A stretch of 64,000 nucleotides of DNA from Geosiphon pyriformis uo1 (taxonomy: Eukaryota > Fungi > Glomeromycota): contig JAAOMT010000436.1 of assembly GCA_016748015.1 (NCBI GenBank), forward strand, positions 1,879,511 through 1,943,510. The letters run 5' to 3'. Below the pieces are notes generated by a model, which worked only from the letters and a program-made list of their open reading frames with translations, was not told the DNA's origin and searched no databases. A program made the translations under genes and the position numbers. Positions 1 to 12,688 of this stretch are shown in pieces. Within the stretch, counting starts at the first letter, position 1. Each line of letters opens with the position of its first letter.

Positions 1-536
1 CAGAGGAGGAACGTGTGACGCAACTTGCCAATACACGATCCTCATCTGTGACTGGGTAAGAGGAGGAACGCCGTTCGAAGCAGCGTTCAACAGAGCGTTA
101 AAAAGACTACAGCACTACCACACGACGAGGACGAGTTGTACAACACCGCACAAGCCAAAGTAAGAGGAGGAACCGCCGAAGAAATACGACGTTGGAAAGA
201 GTCAGCCGAAGTAGCCGACGAAGTCGCCAGCTACAACATGTTCGACCCAGTGGACGAATTCCAGGACTACTAACAACAACTATGCCCCACTCGACAAGAG
301 CAAGAACAATACCTCGCCCAAATCAACACTTACCTCTGCGAAAACTGTCTCATCCCGTGCCAAAGTCAGTGCTGTGAAGAGTGTCAAGACGAAAGGGACT
401 TAGAAAGAAAAATGGAAATTGAGAATCAGCAGTCTCAAAATCAATCAATAAATCAACAAGACTCACCTGACGGTCCCGAGTCAGAAAAATTTGTAGCCTA
501 TACCGACCTAGAACAGGTGACCGACATCCGATACTT
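1..536 (+). pseudogene. Gypsy pol fragment (Cys-rich inter-domain region just upstream of dUTPase), CpG-rich copy of a second family
   Basis: With one frameshift near 118 it reads RGGTCDATCQYTILICDWVRGGTPFEAAFNRALKRLQHY..HDEDELYN...YLCENCLIPCQSQCCEEC. This aligns by eye with REVCNQTCQYALLIAEKVKRGTPFNAAYNSALNKLYYYPYDAE...RLCEECIMLCNEKWCPKC at 32218-32620. Confidence 0.8.
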
Positions 537-830
537 NNNNNNNNNNNNNNNNNNNNNNNNNNNNNNNNNNNNNNNNNNNNNNNNNNNNNNNNNNNNNNNN
601 NNNNNNNNNNNNNNNNNNNNNNNNNNNNNNNNNNNNNNNNNNNNNNNNNNNNNNNNNNNNNNNNNNNNNNNNNNNNNNNNNNNNNNNNNNNNNNNNNNNN
701 NNNNNNNNNNNNNNNNNNNNNNNNNNNNNNNNNNNNNNNNNNNNNNNNNNNNNNNNNNNNNNNNNNNNNNNNNNNNNNNNNNNNNNNNNNNNNNNNNNNN
801 NNNNNNNNNNNNNNNNNNNNNNNNNNNNNN
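537..830. other. Assembly gap (N run); a second 20-nt gap lies at 1336-1355
   Basis: N characters in the sequence. Confidence 1.
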
Positions 831-1074
831 GAACGACTTACCAGGCAGAGGAGGAACGTGTGACGCAACTTGCCAATACACGATCCTCATCTGTGACTGG
901 GTAAGAGGAGGAACGCCGTTCGAAGCAGCGTTCAACAGAGCGTTAAAAAGACTACAGCACTACACACGACGAGGACGAGTTGTACAACACCGCACAAGCC
1001 AAAGTAAGAGGAGGAACCGCCGAAGAAATACGACGTTGGAAAGAGTCAGCCGAAGTAGCCGACGAAGTCGCCAG
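831..1074 (+). pseudogene. Second near-identical copy of the Gypsy pol fragment, ending at an LTR
   Basis: 846-1074 matches 1-230 except for a 1-nt indel in a C run. Confidence 0.8.
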
Positions 1075-1829
1075 TGTTACGGGATGGTTTTCTTGTTATA
1101 TTTAATTGCTGATATCCCGCTTTAATTGCAATCAGTCTTTCGTGAGTTCCTCAATTCTATTTGTGTGATAATGTCACTGTTACACTGAAGGCTTTCTTTT
1201 TACTGTTGCGATGTAAGTTATTCTTTAATTCTTGATTGTTGTGTGTGTTTATGTACTCCTTCTCAGAGGCTGAACTGAAATCTACCCACTGTCTGGGGTC
1301 TTCTCTGAGGCTATCCTTGCAATTGCCTGATGTGTNNNNNNNNNNNNNNNNNNNNTGAATGATAGTTTCATTCAATAAATAATACAAGTAAGTTTCTTAA
1401 TACTTTGGGTTGTGATAGTTTAGTTTTAAATATTCTTTTTCATTTCTTTTTGATTTTAAAGACTTCTTGGGATATTTAATTTGAAAGTATGATTTAAAGT
1501 GGAGTTTGTTGGATAAAATTGGATCTATTGCTTGATAAGTTATGATTTTTATTACTTGATTGATTCTTTCCCAATATTAAAACTACTGTATATATACATG
1601 TTTGTAGTTCTACGAGAAAATACTTTCTTTTTGATATTTCAACCTGGTGCTTGCTGCTATCACCAGTTGGTGTTGGCTGCTATTGTGAACTGGTGCTTGC
1701 CACTATCGCGAGATGGTGTTTGCTACTATGTTAATCATTACCTTTCTAAGATTATTACTGTGCTATATTATGATTGAATAGTTTGTATTATTTTTATGAT
1801 TCTTTTTGCTAAATTCTTAAACCGTAACA
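1075..1829. mobile_element. LTR, probably in minus orientation and possibly chimeric across the N gap
   Basis: Inverted termini TGTTACGG...CCGTAACA resemble the Gypsy LTR ends. Flanks (CCAG, CCAT) belong to different host elements, so there is no clean TSD. Confidence 0.7.
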
Positions 1830-2840
1830 CCATGATGTTTTTGCAATATTAATATAAATGCATTTCCAATCACTTATTATTACAATACAAAAACATGGAT
1901 GCAAACTGATATTTTTAGTGAATGGCTTAATTTATTAAATGAAGAAATGCATCACAAGAAAAAAAAAATTTTACTATTGCTTAATAATACTGGTTCCTAT
2001 GATAAAGAACCTTCCGTATTATCTAATATTATGATTAAATACCTACTATCCAATACAACATCCCATTTGCAACTATTAGATACAGAAATTATTGCATCCT
2101 TTAAGGCACAATACTGAAAGTTGTTTCTTTTCTATCTTATTAATCAGTATAATAACAAGATTCCAATATCAACAATAACATTAAAAGATGCAATTGACTT
2201 TCTAATTGATGCATGATCAGCAGTAACAACAACTACAATCCAAAACTGTTGGCATCATACAGGAATTCTGAATAATAGTCAAATACTAGTCCATCTATTA
2301 GATATTAAACAAGAACTCTTGCAAGAAGTACAAATTCTTATTAAATATGTTGATATTAACAAGCTATTGGCAATAGACTTTATTAATATTGACAAGTTTG
2401 AACCATTATTTACTTATGCCTTAGAGAATAAAATTGTGGATCTTATTAACAACTAGTATAGTGGAAATTCTAATGCAAATAAAGATTTAGAAAGTAAAGA
2501 TGAAGATGAATCTTTGTTTTTGCTATCTATACATCAAGGTAAAACTGCACTTAAAGATACATTGTGCTATTATGAAGAGCAGTATAGTGAAAAAGTTGAT
2601 TCAGACTTTTTTAAAACTTTGAGAACATTAATTCATAATACTGTTCTCAAAGTTCAAGAAAAGAAAAAACAGTTGCAAATAGATAACTTTTTTAAATAAA
2701 ATATATATAATTAGTTATTATATTATGTATGTAATATATAGATCATATGATAAGATATTAATCATTTTTTATAGTCTCATCTCTCTATAGTTACCACAAA
2801 TATGCTGACCAAAAGATGTGATTATAAAAAAAATTTACTG
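1830..2840 (+). mobile_element. pogo/Tigger-like (CENP-B-related DDE) DNA transposon remnant, 3' half
   Basis: Reads P*CFCNININAFPITYYYNTKTWMQTDIF, ILLLLNNTGSY (eroded LLDNxxxH), NTTSHLQLLDTEIIASFK (QPLD motif) and C-terminal QLQIDNFFK*. The right end is ...TTTACTG|TA, typical of pogo termini with a TA target. Confidence 0.85.
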
Positions 2841-3029
2841 TATTTTTTATAACATTAAAAAAAAATTAAAAAAAAATAACATATAATAAAAAAACAAACT
2901 AAAAATTACAAAAATTTTTTGTAATTTAAAAGTAATAAAAATAATAATTTATTAAGTTTAATTTTAATAATAGTATTTAAAATAACTTAAAACATAAATA
3001 TTATATTAGATAGTAATTTGATTTCACTT

Positions 3030-5010
3030 GTAAAATAAATAAATAAAAAGAATTTTATTATTATTAAAGCACTTAAATAAAATATTTGGCAATATTTTTT
3101 TAAATATTAATAATAAAAATTTACTTTTAACAGCTTTTGAATTATTTTTCTTATTTTTAATAAATAAATTAATAAACTGGTTTTTTTTGCTTTTATTATT
3201 ACTATTATTATTATTACTACTTTATAAATAACCAAAAAGACCAAAATTTTTAAAAAACAGTAATAATTATTTATGTTTGCTATTATTATACCAAATTTTT
3301 TAATATAAACAACAATAATAATAATATATTTTCTAAAACAAATTAGGATTAATAACTGATTATATTATTAAATATAATATTTTTTAACAAATTTTTATTG
3401 GTTTTTAAAACAAAACAACGTATTAGATTATTTAATTTTAAAGATTAAACTGATTAAATAAAGATTAAATTGTTTTTTTGTTTTTTAGTATTGCTTTTAC
3501 TAATATTTAAAAAACAATTTTTAATTATTAAAAGTTTTTTAAATAAATAATTTTTATTTTAGTATCTAGTATTATGTTTAAAATTATTTTAATTTTAAAT
3601 AATTTTTTGTTCAAGTTTTTGCTTAGTTTTATTGAACTTAAGTTAATTTTAAAAAACAATATTATATTATTTTATATAGACTTTTTTTTTAAATTTTTTT
3701 TAATTGTTACTATTAAACTTATTATTAATAATTTTTTTTATTTATATTTAAAATTGTAAAATTTTTTGTAATAGTTTCTGTTTTTTTTTATTTGTTATTA
3801 TACTTTGTGATATTTTTTTAAATATATTTTTTAATACTATTAAAAATATTTTAGTGTTTTTGGTATTATTATTTTAGTTAAATTAAAGTTTGTTAACTTG
3901 TAACAATATTTTATTGTTTATTTTAAGAATTTTTTTCTGTTATTGCTATTTTAAATAACTAATCTGTATTAATTAAAAAAGATAATATTAAAATTTATTT
4001 TCTATTTAACCAAAAAAAACTATTATTTTAAAAATATTTTTAAGACTAGATTAATTAATTTTTTTGGTTGTATTGTCTTTGAAATTAGTGATTTGATTTC
4101 TTAAATTAGTAATTATATTTGTTTTATTTTTTACTTTTTCAGTTTTTATTATTATCAATATTTTGCTATTATTATTTTTAAGTCTTTAATAATCTTAAAT
4201 TTTATTATTTTAAAAATTAATACTTTGTATAAAAATTATATTTGGTAAAAATTTCTGAATATTATTATTGTTATAAATATTAAAGTTTAGATTATAAAAT
4301 ATATTTATTTTTTTTACTTAAAATTATTTTTATAATTTTATTATATCTGTTTTATTTTTTAATAATATAAAATTTTATGTTAAAACTACTATTTTTTTGG
4401 TTTTTTTGTGTTGTTTTTTTGGCTGTTTTTATTATTAATTCTAAAATTAAATCTAGCTAAATTTTTTAAAATCTTAAATCTTAATTTTGGTTTTTTAATT
4501 AAATTTGTTATTAAATTAATTAGTTTATTAATTATATTATTATTATTTTAAACATTTTTTTTGTTATATATATAAAACTTAAAAATATAATTGTTATTAT
4601 ACAAAGTAAGATATTTATTTTTAATAGAATTTTAAACAAAGTTAATACTAAAATTATTAAATTAAAATTAAATATAATATTAAAATTAATTTAATAGATA
4701 ATATTAATTATGCATTAAATAAAAATACTTATTTTTAATTAATAGCTTTTTAAAAATATTAATTTTTTAAGATTAAGCAAAATTCAAATAAGATTGCTAA
4801 ATAATTAAGTAATTTGATTATAAATAATAATTTTTTGGTTATAATTATATATAAAATAACTTTTTAATATAAATTTTTTTTTAAATTTTATATAATTTAA
4901 TCTAAATTAAACTTATATTTAGCTATATATAAAAAACATGTAAATTATATTTAATTTAAAACATTTAAATTATTATATTATATTAAGTTATAATTAGATT
5001 TATATATATT
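3030..5010 (+). mobile_element. AT-eroded relic of the ORF1-only retroelement
   Basis: Colinear by eye with the readable copy (3640-3690 corresponds to KSVSKDNVKLFCVEF). An eroded 3' tail lies near 4900-5010. Confidence 0.6.
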
Positions 5011-5014
5011 ATTT

Positions 5015-5921
5015 TAGGGTTTTAATGTTTGGTCTAATTTAGTTCAAGTTTAATAGAATTACTAAATTAAACCAAACTCAAACAGAAAATTTGGCAAAAT
5101 TTCAAACTTGAACTTGAATCAGATTTAAAATTACTGAATTTAAACCAAATTTAAACATATGTAAGAAATTTGGTTCAAGTTTAGTTTAAAGTTCATAAAC
5201 ATATTTAGATTTGATTATTAAAAATATTATATTATATTATATTATTATTTAATTTTTCTTTTAATGGTCTTTGCATTTATTATTAAAAACACTGAATATT
5301 TTGTTTTTTCTTATGATATTCTTCTATTATAATATATACTGTTTAATAAGAAGTCTCTAAATAATGCTATAAGGATTTGGTAGTGCTTATAATTCTGCAA
5401 GAAAATAGTTTATATACATATTTTGAAACTATACATTTAGCTGTTTTTTTTTCATTTACTTAAACTTATTAAAATAATTTTATATTTTATTTAAAAACTA
5501 TGTTTACCAAATATATTAATATTTAGACTATTTGAATTATCAAATTCTGTTATTTTAAATTTTAAATTTTTAGTAATATTAAATAATACTGACAATAAAT
5601 TTATTTTGATAAGTTGGAGAATAGAATTGTTATATATGTATAGTTTTATATATTTTTTTAACTAATTATAATAATTAAACAAAGTAATAATTAATAAACA
5701 AATAGTACAAGTTATATCTTTTTTTAATTTCATTAAACTTGAACAAGTTTGTGAATTTTAAATCAGACTTAAACTAAACTCAAATTTGTTAAAAAAGTTC
5801 AATATTAAACTCAAACTGAATTTACTTTAAAAAATTGGTTTGGTTCAAGTTTGGTTCATAATTCAAACTAAACTTAAACAACATCCAAAGTTCAATTCAG
5901 TTTGGTTTGATTAAAATCTTA
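5015..5921. mobile_element. hAT-like non-autonomous element (MITE)
   Basis: TIRs TAGGGTTTTAAT ... ATTAAAATCTTA (two C>T from perfect). About 200 bp of short subterminal repeats (GGTTCAAGTT, AACTTGAAC, CCAAAC) at both ends. The 8-bp TSD matches only weakly (TATTATTT vs TGTTAAAT). Confidence 0.65.
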
Positions 5922-5959
5922 TGTTAAATAAATAAAATTTTTTTATGTTTTAAAATATA

Positions 5960-6163
5960 ATTTAATTATTAATTACAATTAATAAATATTAAAATTTTAA
6001 TAAGTTATAATTAACATGTTTTTTATACATAATTAATTATTCAAACCAATTAAAACTAAACTAAATTAAATTAAAATAATTTAGAAATAAATATAATTTA
6101 CTTAATTTATTAATACAATTATTTAAATTATATATTAAAAATAAAATTACTTAAAAACAATTT

Positions 6164-6241
<78 letters not shown>

Positions 6242-9200
6242 AACAAGTAAGATCCAAACGCTACCTACTGCTATACATCAAAGAAATAATCTAAAATAGG
6301 TGTGAATCATGCATTTTCTACACGTAACCAGCCACTCAGACCAGTCAGAACAACACTACACAGCTATACAAACAGAAACTGAGTCACCAATACCAGAAAA
6401 AAATAAACAACACTTGTAATAACCAAAGCTAACACCAAAAGGCTCAACCGTTCCCAGCAAATTGACCACACCAGCAGAAAACTTTGAAGACAAACCAGGC
6501 AATGAAATAAGAATTAAATCATCTAGAAAAATCAACCTGTTCTTCTCCATGTATGCACAATGTTTTACATGAACCAACCAAATATTATTCCTAAAAGCAA
6601 GACCAAGAGAACGCACAAACTTAACAATTTTTGAACCAGCCACCTTAGGGTCATAGAAGACAAGAACAGCTTTGCAAAACCAATCATTAAAAACAAAATC
6701 TTTATGAAGAGCTGCTGATACTGAAGAACCAGAGACATAAGATGACAACAAATACAACACATTTAACAAAGAATGAGACAATCCAGAAAGTGCCTTCCAA
6801 GACTCCACATGGAATTCTAATAACTAACGCCAAGCAAAATCATCAACTCCACAGGAAAACACATGATCTGACATCTCCATTTTACTGCAATACAAGCACA
6901 AAACACTAGGATAAGACTTATTATAAAGGCACTTACAAACAGCCACAGACAGTTGATGATGCAAAGTTTTCATGAAATAAGTGCACGCATTAGCTGAAAC
7001 TCTGCTGGTAAAACCAGTGGCCATATGCAAATTCGGATACCACACCAACAAAGAGTGTGACCAATCAATCTCAGAAACCAAATCACTCGCCAAAAACTTA
7101 ACTTCCGAACCTATTTCCCAATGTGCACGACTAATAGAGTGAAAAACATCTCAGACAAAACATCTAAAATTACCAGAAATCACAACATTATCAGCCACCA
7201 AAAAGTGCTTATCCAAGCAAGGAGAAAGAAACCAACTAGAAAGAGAGTCAGAACCAGCAATCAAATCAGCCTGCTCATTCCCTTCCACATCAGAATGATC
7301 TTTGACTTTATGCCAGCTAACCCTTAAATTTTTCCCATGAATTAAGTTAACAATATGCTAACGCTCAACCCAACACTGATTGCGAAAATCAGAACGCAAA
7401 AGACCCAATTCTAACTTGCATACATCTAAGACAGATTGACTATCTGAAAACAGGCAAACTGAACTAGAAGGGGAGACGCATTCTAGGGCCAAAGCAATGG
7501 CTTGTAGCTCAGCCAGGGTGGATGACATCAAACCCGACATGCCAATACTCAAACCCAAACCAACGTCCTCAAAAAAGGCAGCAGCTCCAGCTTTACAGCT
7601 GACTGTACCCAAATTCCTCAAAGATCTATCCATGTAGACAAATAAACAACCAGTTTCAACACATGAGAAATGATTACAGACAGACAAGAATTTACCAGAA
7701 CCAAGAATATTCAAAGGACCAACATCATCTAAAACTGAAAAAAAAGCAGAAGAAGAAGTTACGCCATCGAAAAATGCAGTAGAAAGTCTAAACCAATTGG
7801 AGATTTAGTTTTTTTATATTATTTATAATATTAAAATAACTTATTTATTATATGTTTAAAATATAATTTACTTATAAAAAATAATTTAATAATACTTATT
7901 ATAATATTATTAAACTAATCAAAATTTAATTTAATTTTAAAAAAAACAAATTTTTTAAACAAATTAAAAAAATACTAATAAAACTTAAAGTAATATTATT
8001 TATTTAAACCAAATTAACTTTTATATTTAAGTATTTTTAATTATTTAAAACCAAAAAAAATGCAATTAATACAAACAAAAAATTAATTAGCTTAATAACA
8101 AATTTAATTAATATAATTAAATTAAAAATTTAAGATTTTAATTTGGAATTAATTATAAAATTAATAGTAATAACAATAAAAACAATAAAAACAGTCAAAA
8201 ATATAACAATAAAAAAAATTAAAATTACCAAAATCCTAGCATATAACTTAATATTGACAAAAAAAATTAAAAATTTTAACATTACTTATAAATTTAAATA
8301 AAAATACTTTAAAATTTATAATTAAATAATTTAAACTTTAATATTTATAGTAATAACAATATTTAAAAGTTTTTTATTAAATATAATTTATATATAAATT
8401 ATTAGTTTTTAAAATAACAAGATTTAAAACTTCTAAAAACTCAAAAATTACAATAATAAAATATTAATAATAATAAAATTAGAAAAATTAAGAATAAAAC
8501 AAATTTTAAAAACAGTAAAACCAAAAAAAAATTAATTGATTTGATTTTAAAAGTGTTTTTTAAGATAATATTTTTTTTGATAAAATAAGAAAAAATTATA
8601 ATATTGTATTTTTTTACTAGTACAAACTAGCAAACAAAAACAATAATAACAAAAAAAAATTAAAATTAAACAATAACATATTACTATAAATTTAAAAATT
8701 TTAATAACTATTTAAAGTATTTTTAATGCTATTAAAAAATAAATTAAAAAAATTTTATAAAATACAACAAAAAAAAAAGCAGAAGTTATTATAAAAATTT
8801 TTAAAAATATTAATAACTACTTTGGTAATAGTAACTAAAAAAACTTTAAAAACAAAATTTACACAAAACAACTTAATATTGTTTTTTAAAACTAATAAAA
8901 TTAAACAACAAATAAAATAAAAAATTAACAGAAACTAATTTTATCTTAAAAATAATATTAAATACCAAAATAAAAATCATTTATTTAAAAATATTTTGAC
9001 AATTAATAATTATTTTTTAAATATTATTAAAAACAATACTAAAAAATAAAAAAATAAAAGTTAATTTAATTTTTATTTGATTAATTTAATTCTTAAAATC
9101 AAGTAATTTAATAAATTAATTAGTTAAAAATACATCTAAAAACATGTTTTGTTGCTTCTAAAATTAATAATAATTTGTTAAAAAATATCATATTTAATAA

Positions 9201-9620
9201 TATAATTAGTAATTAATCTTAATTTATTTTAAGTAATATGTTATTATTATTGTTGTTTATATTAGAAAAAACTGATTATTATAACAAAAATTTTATCTAA
9301 AATCTTATTAAAAATTATAAAAAAATTTAATATAACAATAGTAAATAAGATTAATTATTGCTATTTTTTGAAGTTTTTAGTTTTTTTGGCTATTTATAAA
9401 ATAATAATAATAATAATAATAATAAAACCAATTTGTAAATTAATTTATTATTAAAAACTTTTGGGTTTTTATAAAAAATAAAAACAATATTAGAATTAAT
9501 TCTAATATATTTTTTAAAAAAAATTTTGATTAAGAAAAATCATTAATTAAAGATAAAAAAAATATATTAAAAACTAATACTATAATTCAAAATTTAATAA
9601 AAATCATAAAATAATATAAA
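5960..9620 (-). mobile_element. AT-eroded relic of the ORF1-only retroelement, interrupted by a truncated LINE
   Basis: Joining 6140-6165 to 7803 onward restores the segment seen uninterrupted at 62780-62830. An eroded tail lies at about 5990-6070. Confidence 0.6.
6166..7802 (-). mobile_element. 5'-truncated LINE (RNase H and C-terminal region) with a 72-nt poly(A)
   Basis: Poly(T) at 6166-6237, shared 3' tail, motifs VYMDRSL / AELQAIALA / FSDSQ and CLYC..DHVFSC. TSD ATTTAG(T)n at 6160 and 7803. Confidence 0.9.
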
Positions 9621-10845
9621 TTATCTAATTATAATAAAATACAACAATAATTTTAAAAAAATAATAATAAATATAATAACAGATATTAAAAAGTATTAAC
9701 AATAAGCATTATTTTATAATAGCAACAAATATTATAGTATAATACTAATAAATATTAAAATATTAAAAATAAAGTATTATTATAAATTTTTTTATAAAAT
9801 TATAAACATATATATATAGTAGTTTTAATATTAAAAAAATTATTTTTTAATTTTTTAGTTTATATTTTTAATTATTTATATTATTACTAATTGATAAAAA
9901 CTTTATTGTATAATTAAAAAAAATATTAAAAGATTATTAATGTTCTATGTTTTGAAAATAAAAAAAATTTTAGATAATTATAAAAATAGCTTTAAAAAAA
10001 ATTTTAATAATAGTAAATAGATTTTAAATTAATTTTGAAAAAAAAATACATAAATACATAATAATAATTAAAATTTAAAAAAAAGCTTATTATAATATTA
10101 ACAAAAAACTTTTAATATTATTATATAACTAAAATTAAAAAACTTATAAAAAATTAATTATAATTAAATTAGAAGTATTAACAATTAATATATTAAAAAG
10201 ACATTTTTATAATATTATTAAATACAGCTTTATATTATTAATATTTTAAAAAAATACTATTGCTCAATAATTTTACAAATTTGAATATTAATATTAAATA
10301 TTAATAGTTTTATTAAATAATATAATTATGTTTTATTATTTTATTATTTTAATTATAATATATATATAATTATATAGATTTATTTTATAATATACAAAAA
10401 TTTATAAAAAAACTTATAAAACAAAAAAATTATAAAATTATTATTATTTGTTTTTAGGTAAAACTTAACTTAAAGTTTATTTAAAAAATAACAATTAATT
10501 TTTATTAAAACACAAAAAATAAATTAAATTAGCAAAAAACAACCAAAACTATTATATTAAACTTAAATCAAAATTTTTTTAATTAATTATCAAAAGAATA
10601 TAATTTTTAAATACTAGAAAATAAAATAAAATAAATTATTAAAAAGTTATAAAATAATAAATATAATTAAAGATAATATAACTTAAATATTTAATTAATA
10701 TATATTTATAAAACTTCTTTCTCTCTTTTGTTCTAAATTCCTGAAAAAGAGTCATAAATTTGAAAAAAGTTTTTCTGTTTTTTATATACTGTCTTCCACT
10801 ATTTCACAAGAAACAAATCCTTTCGTTGTCAGTCCAGCTGCCACT

Positions 10846-12688
10846 ATAAGTGGCCCTAGTGTTAAGAAAAAGTCAACCAGAGTTTTGACCACTGGTTTAG
10901 TTGGTGGTGGTTCAGGTTATAAAATCAAGAAACCTCTTGGTGGTGCTAAGCTCTTGAGTAGTGGTGCAACTCTCAAGAGTGGTGGGTCTGGTCATGTGGT
11001 CAGGCAGTTTAATGATATGAATACTGATGGTGAAGCTTCCGAAGGTGAAGAAATACCTGATTCCAAGATGAATACGCCTCAAGCCAAGTGTTTCAATAAT
11101 GGTGCGACTGTTGGCTCCCCTCTTGGCTCTATTAATTATGACATAAAGGAAGAAGAGGAAGTTTCTCTTCCCCTCCATATGTCTTTCTCTTTGGATAAGG
11201 TGTGAGTGGATCCCAAAATCATTAAAACTCAAGTGGAAGTGGCCGTGAAAAAATCATTTGCTTTGGACATTAATTTTTCGGCTGTAGAAGGGAAATCGGC
11301 AACGGCCAAAACTCAGGTCATAAGAAAATTATTTTCAGGAATCAATGGTTTTGGGGGGGACCACTACCTCCTCAAAATTTAAAGGGATCATCTGATCAAT
11401 ATTTACTTCATTTAAGAGCATAGAAAAGGCCGCGTCATTGGCCAGAGCAAATAACATCATAGTAAACAGCGATCTTAAGAGACAAGGAGTTCGTTCAGAT
11501 TGGGCCGTAATCATCAAAGAGATTCCCATGGATACACCAAAGGAAATGATTGTCACTGCAGTATCTGAATTTGGGAAAATTAAATCAATCAAAATTCAGC
11601 TGATCAGAATGTGGCAGAAGACTGTGGTAGAATTTGCCGAATCGGAACAGGCAGAGCAATTGGCTTCGAAATGGTTTTTCTTAATTGGGAAAGATTCTGT
11701 GCATGTGGCAAAAGCCATGAGAGATTGCAATATCTGGGCCTCTAGGGATCATTTTAGGATGCTTCTGTTTACGTTACCAGTAGGAACAACTGCACATGAT
11801 CTTAGTAATCTGCTGGATAGAACTAGTGGCAGAACTTGTATTATTAATTGTTCATTGGACACTGGCAATAGAGTTCGTTGTGCTGTGGTTGGCTTCAAAT
11901 CTGAAAATGATCTGAATTTCACTTTCTTTACTGAGCCTGTTTTTGGTGGTGTTCATCTTTCTTGGACTAGATTGGATTTGGTTCAGTGTGGAAAATATGG
12001 GCATCTTGGTCATTTGGCTCTGGAGTGTGATGCATCAGATATGTCATCTTCTGATCTCTTGAATATTTTGAATAAGAGACGTGCTCCTGGTGTGGATTGC
12101 CTCCAGTTGGCCAAGTTATATGCGAAAAAAAATGTTCCTATATCTCGCCCTGCTGCCTTTGGTGGCAAGTCATGGGCTCAGATAGTCTCTTTTGTTTCCT
12201 CTTCTGGTGGTTCTCCTTCTGGTTTTGGTCTTGGTGTTGGTTTCTCTTCTTATACAACCTCAGATTTGGGTGGTGGTTCTCTCTCCTCTACAATCACCGA
12301 TTCTTCTTTGAATGCTCGCTTGACGTTTTTGGAACGTTCTCTCGAGTTGTTGACTGACCAAGTTTCTGATATTTTAAGAAAATTGAGTTTTGTTGAATTG
12401 GTGCCCATGGTTCCATCTTCTGGTGCCCCTCCTTTGGTTGGCTCTGTGCCTTTGGCCCCTGTTTTGGATTTTGACATGGCTCTGAATAGTGAGCTGGCAT
12501 CGTCCAATCTCTATTCTCCAAGTATTGATATGGGTTTCAATTCGAGTAGTTCGAAGGTTCTAACTACCAAGGTGGGTGGTTTGGAGTCTAAGATGTCAGC
12601 TCTGGAGGCTTCTGTCAGTTCTGTTTTGGCTAGGTTAGATCTTTTATGTTCTGGTTTGGGTTCATCAGCTCTCCCTTTTTCTCAATGA
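10846..12688 (+). pseudogene. LINE A ORF1 (RRM-like region, eroded CCHC knuckle, coiled coil)
   Basis: Start ATG>ATA by comparison with LINE B (MSGLSVK). Motifs IIKEIPMDTPKEMIVTAVSEFGKI and QCGKYGHLGHLALEC. Premature stops and one frameshift near 11355. Confidence 0.85.

Noticed and set aside
3574-3759. Short I/F/K/N-rich ORFs (also 39077, 46617, 46682, 58225) as host genes
   Set aside because: They are eroded transposon frames or chance ORFs in AT-rich DNA.
9620-10700. Possible additional LINE ORF1 relic
   Set aside because: Too eroded to assign by eye.
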